64,000 bases of DNA from Octopus vulgaris (lineage: Eukaryota), in the NCBI GenBank assembly GCA_951406725.2, contig OX597822.1:80910001-80974000 (forward strand). The letters are read 5' to 3'. A program made the translations under genes and the position numbers. Position 1 is the stretch's first letter. Every line of letters begins with the position of its first letter. Below are positions 12,761-27,289 of the stretch, piece after piece. The notes beneath the pieces are model-generated. The model saw only the letters and a list, made by a program, of their open reading frames with translations. It made no database searches and was not told the origin of the DNA.

Positions 12761-14534
12761 ATTATAATGGATTACTCCACCTAACATTACATAGCTACTG
12801 TCGGTGATGCAAGTTTTTCTGTGTGGTCGACAAATGTTTCTTGGCTTGCAGTGTACAATGTTATTCTTCTGGAAATGGATTAAAATATTAACTATCGTTG
12901 ATAATAAAGTTAATACAAACGTATTATGTGTGAAGATGCTTAATAAACAAAACAGAAATGATAGTGCAGTGTAGCAAAGCAATGTCAGTCAAGATTAATG
13001 TTATTTTTCGTCAATTCAGATAAATTTCTTCCTTGAATAGACATAATCCCTTAGGATTAATTTTTACAATACTTGCTGTCGTCTGTAGGCAGACGACCAC
13101 TAAATAAATGTACAGGATTGTTAAATGTGAGGCTAAATAAGGCATTATCTTTTTTAGTATTTGACAACTTCATTGTACACATGGATGGTTTCAAACAAAT
13201 ATTCAGTTGTTAAATGAAAATACAACCTAGCAGTGACGTTTCTTGGATTATCTTTGCCTGAAATGTTTACATATTTGGCGCCGTAAACAGAGGAAAAGAC
13301 AAAATTCCTCACGCTTCCGTACTCCGTGATTTCAGGTGCGATCTCACTGCATGTACATTACTTAATACGTCTCTCGGTTTAATAGCACTGTTGCCCTTTT
13401 TTACTGCTACTTAGCAGATTCTATTCTGCCGCAAGTGTTAGGGTCAGATCACTATTTAGAAGATAATTTTTTCGCTTCGACGCTCTGCTGACAGAATCAC
13501 AGAATTATTGGTAGCAACCCTTCTATTCTTTATAAAATATTTAGAAAATCTATGGTTATCTTTGATCTCTCGAGCTGCTAGAAATAACAGCGATATTTTC
13601 AAATCATTTCAGGCTTTAGCTGCAGGTCATCCTGCACTGCTCAGCAGCTTTCTCCGCCGGGTTCCGCCTGCTGCTTCACTAGTGCATTCATGTATTCATT
13701 CATTGTTTTGTCTGTCTTCAAGTTGTCGTGAAATGTCTGTTACAAATTGTTCTTCGGCTTGCCTCTTTCATACTAGCCCTCAGGTGGTACACAAGTCATG
13801 GATGTCTTCAAATCATACTTCCATTAAAAAGTGAACAGAGGCATACATTACATAATGTGTTCCTAAATACTAAGTATCTGAAAAAGAAATAGGAAGAATG
13901 ATCATAGTGGGAAATGCCTTCAATCATAAATGTGCTCATATAAAGTTAAAATTATGCTAACCATCACACAATACATCAACTGGCAAACGCAAGTCATAGA
14001 CTTCAGAAAAACAATATCTTATTGAATGCCAACGTCAGGTAATGATTACTTCTTCAATGACATATTTTCTGCAAATATTTTTACACATAATTCTTTTCTG
14101 AAGAAGTGAAACTTGAAGCTGCAGCTATAAATGGAAGTATGGAATTGGTGCTTTCAAATTTTGGCAAAAGGCCAGCATTCCAGACTTCAACAGAATTTGA
14201 ACTCCGAACGTAAGGATGGACGAAATGCAGCTAAGTATTTTACCAACCGCCTTATAGCATGTAAATATCTATAGTTGTATCTGCTTCAAGTTTCACCGTT
14301 ACAAAAAAGAATTATTTCACACTCTCTCGAAGTATCTGAATCCTTAAGTCGTCAACATCTTACGTATAATGATTGCCTTAGAACAGTAGAACTTGTTTAG
14401 CTTTAGATCAGCTCTGGTCGTGCGCACCTATGATCAAGAAAGCCAACCAGGACCATCGCGATACATTTTCACATGAACCTATGATATCCAACGTGTTCAT
14501 CCTATTTTCAAAGATATCATTTATGTGTTATCTT

Positions 14535-14922
14535 TTGTTTCAGCCAGTTGACTGTGGCCATACTGGGGTACCACCGCCTTGGAGAGTTTTAAGTCGAATG
14601 AATCGAACCCAGATTTTTACTTTTTAAATCCTGGTAGCTATTCTATTGGTGTTTTTTTGCCGAACTCCTAAGTTGCCGTAACATAAACGCACCAACACCG
14701 GTTGTCAAGAGGTGGTAAAGGACAAACACACATACACACACCTACATACACATATGCGACTGGGTTCTTTCCTGTTTCTCTCTACCAAATTCATCCACAA
14801 GTCTTTGGTTGATCTAAGTCTACAGCAGAAGACACTTGCTCAATATGCCATATCGTGGAACTGAATCCGTGATAATAAAGCAATGTAGTAGTGACGCAAA
14901 CTTCTTACCGCATAGCCACACC
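14535..14922 (-). mobile_element. SINE family A, diverged
   Basis: Reverse-strand match from tail (ttcagcc..gactgtggccatactgggg) to head (cttaccgcatagccacacc). Confidence 0.75.
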
Positions 14923-15334
14923 AATATGATTTGATAAGGAATCGGCTGCTGCTTCTGGAAGGTCAACAGACCAACATACCAGTGACCGATAAAATGTTTA
15001 ACTTGGTGGTTTGGCTGAGAGAAATGAAGAAAAATGTGAAACGTAATTGAAGCTGACGACTGCAGTGGATAGAAATGGAAGAAAATGGAAGAAAAAAATC
15101 AATAGTAATTTGAAGGTTGACAGGTTATCATTTCGAGTTTACGTGATTCTTTCTCTGTGTTTGTGTCTTTTTTTTTTCTCTTACTCCTATTTATTCATCT
15201 CATACTATAATGCACATATATAGAATCAGTTTTTTGACCTTTCGGTAATCTGATGTATCCATCAACTGGTTATCAGAATTATCAATATAGTTGAGAGGAA
15301 ACAATAGTTCATAGTTTATGATTAAGATTGGTCC

Positions 15335-15900
15335 TCGAGTTTATCGACCCCGGAAGGACGACAGGTAAAATCAAGTTTAGCAACATTTGAACTTGGAACA
15401 GAAAGGGCCATAACTATATAATGCAAAAGGTTTTGTTCGACGTTGTTACCATTCTGACAATCATCAGTCCTGTCTATCTTACGTATACTATCGCTTTCAA
15501 ATTTTGGCACAAGGCCAGCAATTTCGGAGGAGAGTTAAGATCGTTTACATAGACCCCAGTTTTTTCACTGATACCTAATTTATCGATCCCGAAGGGATGA
15601 AAGGCAAAGTTGACTACGCTGGAATTTGAACTCAGAACGTGACGAGGGACGAAATGCCGCTAAGCATTTTGACCGGCGTGCTAAAGATTCTGCCTGCTCA
15701 CCTTTTTTTTTTGTTACAAATTATTTTGGCTTCAAATTTTAGGGGAGGAGGAAAGTCCATTACATCGACCCCAGTCCTCATGTGGCTTATATTTTATCGA
15801 CACCGGAATGATGAAAGGCAAACCCAGCACCGGTGCCATTTGACCTCGGGCCGTATTGTCCGAAGAAATCCTACGAAACATTTTGTCCGGCTCTCAGCCT
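15335..15900 (-). mobile_element. Cluster of three diverged SINE family B fragments
   Basis: Repeated tttatcgacccc..aaggatgaaaggcaaagt..gaatttgaactcagaac motifs. Confidence 0.7.
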
Positions 15901-16194
15901 TTTTGTTACATATATTTCATAAAGAATACAGTCAGTAAAAACAGGTTCGAAAAGAAGACATAATGTTTATGATGATTTTTTGACATAATAAAACGGCCAT
16001 AAATATCCTGGGAGGAAAGAATGATCAAAATCGAACTCAGAACACGATAGCTTTTGCATTTAATTGGCATCCGAAGGAATGAAAATTAAAGTCACCTCAG
16101 ACTGTATTCAAACTCAACATAACTTACAACCTATTCCTTCATATAAATGGCGAAATCGTGGAATAAGGTTTCATGCTTCAAATTTGAATACACA

Positions 16195-16232
<38 letters not shown>

Positions 16233-17856
16233 GTTTCTCTCTCTTTCTCTCTCTTCCTCTGTTGTTTCACATTTGGCAAAAGTGAGTTGAGCTACCTTTT
16301 GTTCGATTACATAAAGCAATAGATTCGTTAATTTCCATCGCAGTTGGATTGCTGGAAAAACCTACAAACACCTAAAGGATCAAGGCACGTTCTACACGCG
16401 ACACCGAATGAGTAAACACAAACTCAGGTTCTACATACACGCACACGCTATAAACAACATCCACGCACACATACACACTCACTCACACACACGTATTTTT
16501 GTGTAGCAGCAGCGGTAGCAGCAGTAGCAACAGCAGCAGGAGGAGGAGGGGGGAGGAAGAGGAGATTGTTGTGTGCGTGTGAACGGCAATCAATGTGTTT
16601 TTTTGGAAAATACCTTCTGGTTTCCCCATTAAAGTAACAATTCAGAAGATAAAAGAGGCAGCAGCAGCAGTACTAGTAGTAGTAATAGCAGCAGCAACGG
16701 CAGTAGTAGTAGTAGTGGTGGTGGTGGCGGTGGTGGAGGTGGTGGTGGTAAAATGATTAGAAGAAGTAACGAAATCGTTGGAAATTTATTGGTATTTTTC
16801 AGTGTTTTTCTTCTTTTATTTTGGCTAAAATTGTAAAAGTCTTCTTGCTATAGTAGGAGAAAGTTGAAGCCGAGGAATAAGTGATAGGTATATCTCGGAT
16901 GAGGTATAATGGAAAAGAGGTACGAAGAAAGAAGAAACATGAATGAACGCTTAGAAATAAGATGTGAATAGAAACTAGAAAATATAATGGCGACGAATAA
17001 AAACAACAAGAAATCGAAAAAGGTGGTTAAGGAAGAAGAAATAATGTTAAGCAGAAACAGAAAATAACAAACTAAGAAAACAAACACAAATCAAAACCAA
17101 AAATTTTCACTGTAATGTGATGCATTCATTGCTGAGAAAAGAAAGCAGTTAAGAGTTTCAGCAAGTTCTAAGTGATATTTTTAAAACAGAAAATTGGGGG
17201 GAATGATAAATAAAAGAAAAAAGAAATGAAATTCGAAGTATAAAACAAAGCCTTCAAATCAACAACAACAATATAAATAATAATACAATGTCATCAACGA
17301 GATAATAAGACTATTGATAGAAGCAGACGATACGATGGCAGTGAATGGTTGTTGAGAATTTAGAATTGTAGTTACAGAGTTTTTCAGCCAATCAAACTAA
17401 CTGGCTTCTTTCGTTGCAACTTGACAGGAAGCTGAGGAGACATCTGATTTTTGGAGCAAATAGAATAGATTCAGGTGAATAATGGAAAGAAACGAAGGCG
17501 AACAATTAAAAAAAAATGTGACATGAAATAAATTGTTAAAAAATAAAACAAAACATACGTTTAATCAATCTTTAAATAAATGAATTAATGGCATTAAGAA
17601 ATGAACATGAGACTCACATACGTATAGGGTGAAATAGCATCTGTAGAATAAAAAACAAATAGGGAAAAACTCTACAACGTACAACGTCTGACATTGCCCA
17701 CGATGAATTTCTTAAAAGTGTTAACGCATTTTACATTGCAAAAATTTCTTAGGTATCTCGTGTCTCGTCTGCCCGCCATTATTTCGCTTCCATTCAGGTG
17801 TACTACTCACAAACACATAAACACTCGCGCGCGCATGTGTATGTATGTATGCATTT

Positions 17857-17926
<70 letters not shown>

Positions 17927-18172
17927 GTGGGCATGTATGTATATTAAGAGGCATTATAACAGGCACTTTTATATTCCCATATATAATTCACAGAAGCACA
18001 GAAGTGCGTATGTCTGCTCTTTTGTTCATGCATTGACTTACAACGGTTTGTCCATATGTTTCTATACATAAATATTTATATGTATACATACGTATATATG
18101 TGAGTGTTTATGTGCGTATATATACATACATATATATAAATATGTGTGTGTGTGTGTGTGTAAATATATATA

Positions 18173-18243
<71 letters not shown>

Positions 18244-18268
18244 TCATAGATAGATAGAAAGATAGATG

Positions 18269-18324
<56 letters not shown>

Positions 18325-18343
18325 CTTAGATAGATAGATAGAA

Positions 18344-18458
<115 letters not shown>

Positions 18459-19428
18459 GCTAGTCATTATTTGTATCATTTTCCCCATCGCACTGTTTAT
18501 GTTGGCCTAATACCTCACTTAACCTCTTTTGACATTTACAGTTTAGTCTATATCCCATTCGTCTCGTATTCTTAAACAATATTTCGATGGCTGAGACTAT
18601 AATCGTTTTGCAGTTTTATTCCGTCCGCATAACCTTTTGTAAACTAGCCAGAATTATATTTTATTTATTTGTGTTAATAATATTTACAAGATAATATCTG
18701 TAAAATTATTGTTCATGATCTTTTAAGTATTATCCCAGTTTTATGTATGTGTATACATATATATAAAATTACACACACAGACAGACACTAACAAAAGCAT
18801 ACAAATATACATGCACATAAACTTATTTATTTACCAAGTAGCAGAGATCTATAAGTTCCTGGCACAATACTATTCTTGTTAAAATGGTACTCCGGAAGAA
18901 TGCCAATGCTACTCCCTATCAAAATTCATGTCAACTGTGCAAATTTGTCTGTCGAAGTGATCTGGTTTTGTTGATTTATGATGTGGTATATCTATAAGCA
19001 AATAAATGTCCATTTCATTGAAACGTAAGTAACATAAACGAAAAATAAGTTTCCATTTACATTCATATTTTATGTCTGCGTAGATGGGTGTGTAGGTAGA
19101 TGGCTGTGTGTAGATGGGTATGTGTGAGGGTGTTTACACACATATGTATTCGTGTGTGTGGGCATGTGCCTGTATGCTTTATAAATTTATAAATTATACA
19201 TAAAGTATATAGAATCATTCCAATTCTAATTAGTTATACCCCTCTACTTACCTCTCCTTTCTTCTTTGGCTACTATTGTTTTCTATATTAATTCATTTAT
19301 GCTCAGTTTAAATTCTGACTCCGTTTATTTAGAGTTTTTACATAATTTATTGAATAAATCCATCACCCATAGTTTAACCTATTTTGACACTTATCCTGTA
19401 TTGATGTTGTTGTTGTTGTTGTTCTTCT

Positions 19429-19463
<35 letters not shown>

Positions 19464-19789
19464 TTCTCTGTCTCTCTTTCTTCTTCTTCCTTTATTTCTT
19501 AACCTTCTTCAAATTTTCCCTTTGCAAAAATAAATAGCGTATGACCCCATTTTTTCACTTTCGGTTCTAGTACCCTCTGTTCAGGCATTTTAACATGTAA
19601 CCCGATTCTCTTCCAGTGCGCAGATTTTCTCAAAGTTTTGGGCCCAAGATGAATAACAAAAAGGCGATCTTTAAGCGCCACAAGATTACTATAGATGTTA
19701 AACCATAACTCTAGTTATCAAAAGAAACTTATCTTAACTTCATGGAATACTTTACTATGACTGTGTATCTGTTTATATTTATCAACTGG

Positions 19790-20097
19790 CAAGCCACACG
19801 ATGACGAGGGTTCCATCTGATACGGTGAAAGGAAAAGCCTGCTCCTAAAATTAATGTGCAAGTGGCTAAGAGCTCCACTGACACGCACACCCTTGACGTA
19901 GTTCTCAGAGTGATTCAACGTGACACAGAGAGTGGGAAATCTGGCGCTTTTCAAATATAGAGGTTGCTCAGTTTTGTCAGTTGAGTGGATTGGAGCAACA
20001 TGAAATAAAGTGTTATGTTAAAAACAACACCGCGCCACCGGGAATCGAACTCACGAGCGCGAAGCCAATACTCTAACCACTAAGTCACGTGCCTTCA
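19790..20097 (-). mobile_element. SINE family C
   Basis: Reverse complement begins gaaggcacgtgacttagtggttagag...gagttcgattcccgg. Confidence 0.78.
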
Positions 20098-20410
20098 CGT
20101 TTATCAGCTATAGCACCCTCATACATACACATTGAAACACCTACACAAAAACCACCCTCCACATACGTGTGGGGCAACGTAACTGTGTCAATCTTTGTAT
20201 CTATTTGAAATTAAATTTATTTATTTTTTTGCAACTCCTTACCAGACGACTCGTATTGACAAATAAACAATCACACTACATGGCAATTGTAATTGTCTGT
20301 TCGTATAAGCAAGTGTGTAGGCACTACCGTTAAATCGAAGTAGCGTTGTTATACAAATTGTACATTGGAATGGGAGATTTTGTTGTTGTTTTTTTTAATC
20401 CAGTAAGCAC

Positions 20411-20522
20411 AATGTCTAACGTTACGGGTGTCTAGGATGACATCAGCTTCTCGACTTTTTACGTCCTTTGTTAATCTGATATAATTATGTACAGCCAATC
20501 AATAAGAGTAGTTTTGAGAATT

Positions 20523-20571
<49 letters not shown>

Positions 20572-20766
20572 CAGATAGATAGATAGACAGGCAGGCAGGC
20601 AGACAGACAGGCAGGCAGGTAGGTAGTTAGGTAGATAGGTAGGTAGGCAGTATTTCTAAATATATATATATATATATATATATTAGAAATACTGCCTACC
20701 TACCTATCTACCTAACTACCTACCTGCCTGCCTGTCTGTCTGCCTGCCTGCCTGTCTATCTATCTG

Positions 20767-20815
<49 letters not shown>

Positions 20816-20927
20816 AATTCTCAAAACTACTCTTATTGATTGGCTGTACATAATTATATCAGATTAACAAAGGACGTAAAAAGTCGAGAAGCTGATGTCA
20901 TCCTAGACACCCGTAACGTTAGACATT
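20411..20927. repeat. ~250-bp-arm near-perfect palindrome centred on (TA)n
   Basis: aatgtctaacgttacgggtg...gcagtatttctaa (TA)n ttagaaatactgc...cacccgtaacgttagacatt. Confidence 0.95.
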
Positions 20928-20969
20928 TTGTCCGGCATGGAAACAATTCTGCCTGCTGGCCACCGTACA

Positions 20970-21217
20970 TATTAGTATAAAAAATATTGCGGCTTTTTTT
21001 TCAACAATTTTTTCCCACAAAAACAATAACATCTAACAAAAAGGTTTTTAAATTATTATTCCGGGGCATATTCACCAGCTACTTCAATTACTGCTTTCCA
21101 TTTGCATGGCAGACGGTCAGACCGCCATTTAAAAATGTTTTTGTTAAATACTGTTATTGATTTTGTTGAATAAAATTTGTTGAAAAAAAGCCGCAATAAT
21201 TATGCACCAACCGAATA
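20970..21217. mobile_element. Mariner-derived MITE
   Basis: Inverted ends attgcggctttttttttcaacaa / ttgttgaaaaaaagccgcaataattatgcaccaaccgaata (mariner-type TIR). Confidence 0.6.
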
Positions 21218-21403
21218 TTTAAATATGTATCTGTACGAACATAAACTAAACGCATGTAATTATAGTTTAACGGAAAATCTGAAAATATTAAATATTCAGT
21301 AGTTTTAAATCGTATGTTCGTTTATGTGACGTTAACTGGGCAAATAGTAACGTCTTAAACTGGATCTAAATTCCATGATGTACAAATATATATTTCCCAA
21401 CGT

Positions 21404-21870
21404 AGGCGCATGCGTGGTGGTGTGAATAAGAAAGTCACTTGCACTCACGTGATATTAGGTTCAGTGCGGCACATCGGGCAGGCGTCTTCGACTATAGCCC
21501 TAGGTCGACCAATGACTTGCCAGTGAACTTTGCACTGGAATACAATGTGAATCCGCCATAAATATGTGTGTGTGTAAGAGAGAGAGACTGTGTGTGTGCG
21601 TGTGTCTGCGTGCGTATGTGTGCCTGCATGTGTGCGTCTGTTTCTGTTTATATGTGTGTATATACTTTTCGTTGTGTTCGTCCCCTCACCACTAATCCCA
21701 CTCGATATTAGTTTGTTCACGTCTCCGTGGCGTAGCGGTTCACAAAAAAAAACCGTTACATTAAACACCAGGCCTAACAAGAAGAATTGAGGGTGGATTT
21801 GTGCGATTAAAATCCTTCTACGCGGCCCCAAAACACGGTCGCAATCCAATGACTAGAACAAGTAAAAGAT
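21404..21870 (+). mobile_element. SINE family A, diverged
   Basis: ggcgcatgcgtggtggtgtg...gggcaggcgtcttcgactatagcc...caatccaatgactagaacaagtaaaaga. Confidence 0.7.
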
Positions 21871-22372
21871 TACATGTAGATATAGTCTATAGTACATTAT
21901 AGAGAATATCAGAATAAATTTTGATTTGGAGCAAAATTGCTAGGGGAAGATTAGATTTAAGATGGAGATAGACGTGAGTGTTTGAGGAAATAAGAATGAG
22001 AGTTAGATTATGAATTACTCTCTATTATAAGATAGCAGATTTCTATCAAATATATAAAATAAGCAGCGGTTATTGGAATATAATGTTTGTATATGTTGGA
22101 GTACATTGTTTAGAATGATATATATTATTAGAGAACGTGTAACTGATGGGTAAATGGAACGTTGAATCTTAAAACAATTGTTGGTATACAAATGGAAAAC
22201 AACTCTAAAAATATAATGAAAAATATAAGGTACAAACATATGCTCAAGTTATTACGAATACTAGCATATATAACTCACCCAATTTATTATTAACCAAGGT
22301 AATAAACACAAGGAAACAAAGTCTCTCAAAGATATATGTATGTGTGTAAATAGATAAATAAATAGGCAGAAT

Positions 22373-22448
<76 letters not shown>

Positions 22449-24149
22449 TTCGTAACAGTCTGGGTATTAACGGAAATGACAGTGATTGGCAAACTAAACT
22501 GACAGAATTAAAAATAATTTAACAGTTTGCCGTTTATATATAACTACACCGTTGATGAATTTGTCTGTTATTGGATATCAAAATGTCTAAAATATTTAAA
22601 TATTTTATGTAGACAAGATGATGCCTATTCCGATTATAGGTTAAGAAGGAGTGTTTTTGCTACAAGTTTTCAAGACTTTCAGCTTTACTAAGTTGACAGG
22701 TTTATTTAATAATAGATATTACAAACTAATAGAAATATGAAGATTAATATTTTCTATTTTGTTATAGCCCACATCATCGGCGTTCACAATAATAGAAAGA
22801 AGGCGATATTATTTATTCTATGTATATTATGATAAAACCGTCGTGGTTACTTAGTGTCGAAACATGGTACTCTTTAGTAATCACACCGCCATTGAAAAAT
22901 GGGTTATCTCCCCCGTTTCATGAAAAATATCAGTACTTTTGGTTATTTCCCCCAACTAAAAAAAAATTGTTTAACCCTCAATAAAAAAAATATAAAATGT
23001 AAAAATTGATAAACATGAAAACGGAAAAAAATAATAAAAACGAAACCTGAAAAGATTAAGCATCTTATTGAATTTAATAACATTTTTATAACAAATCATA
23101 CCATGCCTATTGAGGGGGACCAAACATCAACAATGTGTTGAAGTATTGAATCAAAAGGATCTAACTGCAATCTTTCGCTGTCACATAAACTCAACTTTTT
23201 AGTGAGGAGATAACCCAGTTCTTTAAAGCGCAAAAAGTACCCGAAAAACTTGCAAAGAAGCTCAGACGTTCAGGGTGTCCCTTAGAAATATCCTCATCCA
23301 TAGATAACCAAACATTGTATATATGTATACACACACATTCATATATATATATACACAAAATGAGATAAGAACGCAAAGCTTCCAGACTGTTAGGTGATAC
23401 AAGAAAGGGACGACAAAACATCCAGATAGGCGATACAAAGAAAAAAGGAGAGGTCATTCTGAGTTTTGTTTCCTCAGTCGAGTTCCAGATTATCTTTGCA
23501 ATTTCCGCTGGTTATACTCCGCATTGCTCCAAACTGGCCAGCACAAAGACATTCCAACTCTGATTTACACGTTTTATTTACATTGCAAACTGTATTCTGA
23601 CCAATCAGTGTGTGGTTTTCCTAAATTACTTAAGTTGATCAATGTTTGGTTTAGGCGTCACGGTTTGTTGAACATATCAAGAGAGCTGCATTTTGACCTT
23701 GGCCAAAGTCGTATTTGTTGGGCTATTTTTAGAAATGCTGTAAACAAAATTTCCCTGGGATTTTTACATTTCAATTATCATTATCGTCTCCTTTATTACT
23801 GTTGTCGTCCTCGTCGTCTTCGTTGTTGTTGTTGTTGCTGTTGTTGTTGGGGGGTGATGGTGGTGGTGATGGTGGTGGTGGTAGGAGTATCTGTGGTAAT
23901 AGAACTTTAAACAACAAGATAAGATATTTTTACTGACTTTTTCTCTTGATTTAGTTAGTATTTTCCTGCTATCACCATCATGACCAACTTTAGTACTGTT
24001 GTTGTTAGTGGTAGTGGTCACAGCAGTTGAAATAGTACCTCTAAGTATTAGTATTATTGTTTATTTAGCTTGTGTTGGAATTATTAATAAAGTACAATTC
24101 TCTGATTTTTCTCTTAATTTCTTTTGGACTGTAGTTTGTGGAACGGAAA

Positions 24150-26720
24150 TATTTTAAATATTTTTCGACCACATGTTGCTAGATGATTACTCAAAGGTAT
24201 CTGACGGACATCTTGGTCTCTAATTTGCTGTCAGTGCACAGCACACGTGAACCTTCTGATAGTGCATTTCCAGTCTAACCTACAAATCGTTCTTCACAAT
24301 TCCTGGCATTTGATGCAGTAAATTAAATTTCTGCTTTTGCAGTTCATATTTGCGTTCGTGAATAGTTCTCTGGTTTTGTGTTCATATATTGGCCAGTATA
24401 CATGAATTGGCTATCATTTCATTTAGATACAGTGTATGATTGTTTTTTGTTGCTAAGGTCAAATTTTACATTTTTTAATAGTTTTTTCAAGTTTTCAGAC
24501 TTGTGATTATATCTTTTAATTCGTTACTTTAAGCAATGATTGATAGGTTTGCTAGGCTGTGTTTCACTATAAATGGTATTACTTGCTCCTGTCTTCCTCT
24601 TCTTTAGGTTGTCCTCAGTTGTTGTATCGGTATTTTATAGCCCCCCCCCCCCCTGTATATAAGTAGAGACGAGTTTGTTTGAGCAAAAATTCTCTTAGTT
24701 CTGTTAGACGTCTGTTTCTGATATTTGCATCTTCTACAATGGTACAAATACTTCTTCTGGCTGGGTAGTATGGGATGTTGTGATTCGAATGTGGTGGATG
24801 GCACAACTTAAAATTCAAGTATTGATGTGCGTCTGTGTATTCGTAGTATATATCTATTGTAATGGTGGTGTCGTTTTTAATTACAATTATATCTAGGAAT
24901 GGTAATTTGTTACTACTCATCTCCTTTGTAAATTGGAGAGATGAGGATAGGTTGTTCAGGAGGATATTGAACACTTCCAGATTATTTACAGCTTCTGGCC
25001 ATATTACGAAGCGATCGTCAAAGTATCTCTTCTATGCTTTTTCAATATAATTTCTAAATTCAGTGCTATAGTTTTCCTCTACTTCTTTGTACAGTTGTTA
25101 TTCTAGATATTCCAATTCAGAGTTCGCATAGATGGGAACAAACCTCGTTCCCATCATCGTTCCTTTAATTTGGATGTAATTCTTTCCATTGATGAAAAAT
25201 GTTTTCCAGAATAAGTCTGACCCTGTCTAATATAAATGGTACTGTGAATCTGTTGGGGTCACTTCTCTATTGTTTTTCTACCCAGTATTTAATCGCTTTT
25301 TTATTCAAACATCATGTGGAATATTGGTGTAAAGGCTTACCATATCAAAACTATGTAGAAGTGAATTTGTTTCAGTTGTTTTGGGAAGATGGGACAGGAA
25401 GTCGATGTCATCCCGAATGTAAGTGGATATGTAGCTACATAGCGGTTTCAAAACAATGTCAATGAAATTGCTTAGACGGTGGGTAGAGCATGCTGGACCA
25501 ACTATAATCTATCTAAGTTTTAAGTCTTTTGGATACAGTAATTTCATGTACTCACCTTCTTGTTCTTTTACACCATGTTGAATATCTTTTGACTTATGTA
25601 TTTCGGTAGGCCGTCGAAGTTGCTGGATTTGGGTTCAAAATTGGTAATATAGTCTCTCTCATTATCGGTAAGTGAGTTGTGTTTTGAAACAAGGTTGTTG
25701 ATCTTCTTCATCATGTGGTGTTCTATATTTGTAGGAATTTCACAATAGAAGATTGTGTCCTTCGGTTGGTCCTCAACGAAATCCTTATAGTATTCTGCAT
25801 CCATAATAACAATTGCACCCCTTTTATCTGCTTCTTTAATTCTTATACTTTGATCGTTTTGTATACATTTAAGTGCATACGTCACCGATTTATTAAGGTT
25901 TGGCCTAACATTAGTATTGCGTCTAAGGGGAAATTTTTACAGGATATCAATGTATTGGTCAAGGTACTAATTTCTTCCTGTTGGTGGAGCGAAATTTGAT
26001 TTATACTTTCATTCTCATTGAATCTTATACATCAATCTCATTACTTTTATTATTGAAGAATTCTACAAGCCGTAATATTATGACAGAATTTATGGATATC
26101 CTCCTTTAGTTTGTGTTTGTTGGTGTTGGTGTTGGTGTAAATTTCCGTCCTTTTTGCAGAAGTTGGATTTCATCATTGTCAAGATCTCTTTTGGATAAAT
26201 TTATTATTTTAGGATCTATACGTTCAGTTGTTTTTGTGTATGTTTCCTCTTGCATTTTTTTCTTTCTCCAGTGTTTCATGTCCTGACGTTAAAAAATGGA
26301 TTTTTCTCTGTTTATGACTTATGTTCCTGTTGATGTTTGCCTGATGAACTTAGCGTTTTGCTTGTGCTATTTTACTTAGTTTCTTTATGTTGTCTCTTCT
26401 GTTGTTGGTATTATTTTATATATTTTTCATTTTCTTGTTAGTATTCTTTTTAACAACCACGGGGAATGATCTAGGTTTACTTCGAGACCCAAATCGGTCT
26501 CTTGCCCAGTTTCTTGTAGGTAATCTCTGTTGTGGCCTTGGCAACAACCTCCTGTTGTTTCTACTCCTCTGATCAAAGGAATATCTATCGAGGTTGTGCC
26601 TTTTGTTCATATTGTATGCATTAGGGTGTTTGTGTACGAAAAGGGAAGATTTCCTACCGTTGTTCATTTTCAACTCACTGTGAAACGAGTGTTCATAAAG
26701 GTAAAATTCAATAATCACTG
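24150..26720 (-). pseudogene. Decayed Penelope-like element ORF (reverse transcriptase + GIY-YIG endonuclease)
   Basis: Minus-strand frames give IKEADKRGAIVIMD, YIRDDIDFL..SFDMVSLYTNIPH, KGTMMGTRFVPIYAN, RYFDD, LQFTKE..LPFLDI, TDAHQYL..CHPPH and YTGQ; many stops and frameshifts. Confidence 0.9.
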
Positions 26721-26847
26721 AGTGTGACTAAGGGTGTCGAAGTACATATATGCCAGGAAATAAGAGTTGAAATACTCTTAAGGCTGTATGAAACGCGAAA
26801 ATATATGCTGAACAGGGAAGTAACCGCCCCATGACCGACTCAAGAAT

Positions 26848-26898
26848 TCTCAGACTAGAAGTCTAGTTTCACCTATTTTGGAGGCATCGTCAGTGAGG
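26848..26898 (-). ncRNA. Type I hammerhead ribozyme upstream of the PLE ORF
   Basis: Minus strand: ctca-CTGACGA-tgcct(ccaaaat)aggt-GAAA-ctag(actt)ctag-TC-tgag; canonical core and GUC site. Confidence 0.85.
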
Positions 26899-27289
26899 AC
26901 TGCTATAATTATATTTTTATTTTTATGTAGAAGTTGTAATTGTATTAATGCATGTATATTAAATAAATTGGTGTGGAGAGATAAGGTAAACATCAATTCC
27001 AATCTACAATATAATGTTCTACTTAACTATTAAATATCAAAATTTAAAAATATATTACTTATTAAAGATATATAATTCTGAATCCTAAAAATCAATTAAT
27101 ATATGGTCTGTTTTTTTTCAAAAGTTGAAATTCATTATAAATCATCATCTTTTACTAGGTTTACTTTGATTACATAATACTTACTACCCTAAAATTGGTG
27201 TTAAAACGGCTACTGCATTTATAGAAGAAGCTCGATATTAAAACTATTATTTAGTGTTGTATATATCTACACCTACATCCACTGGGTTC

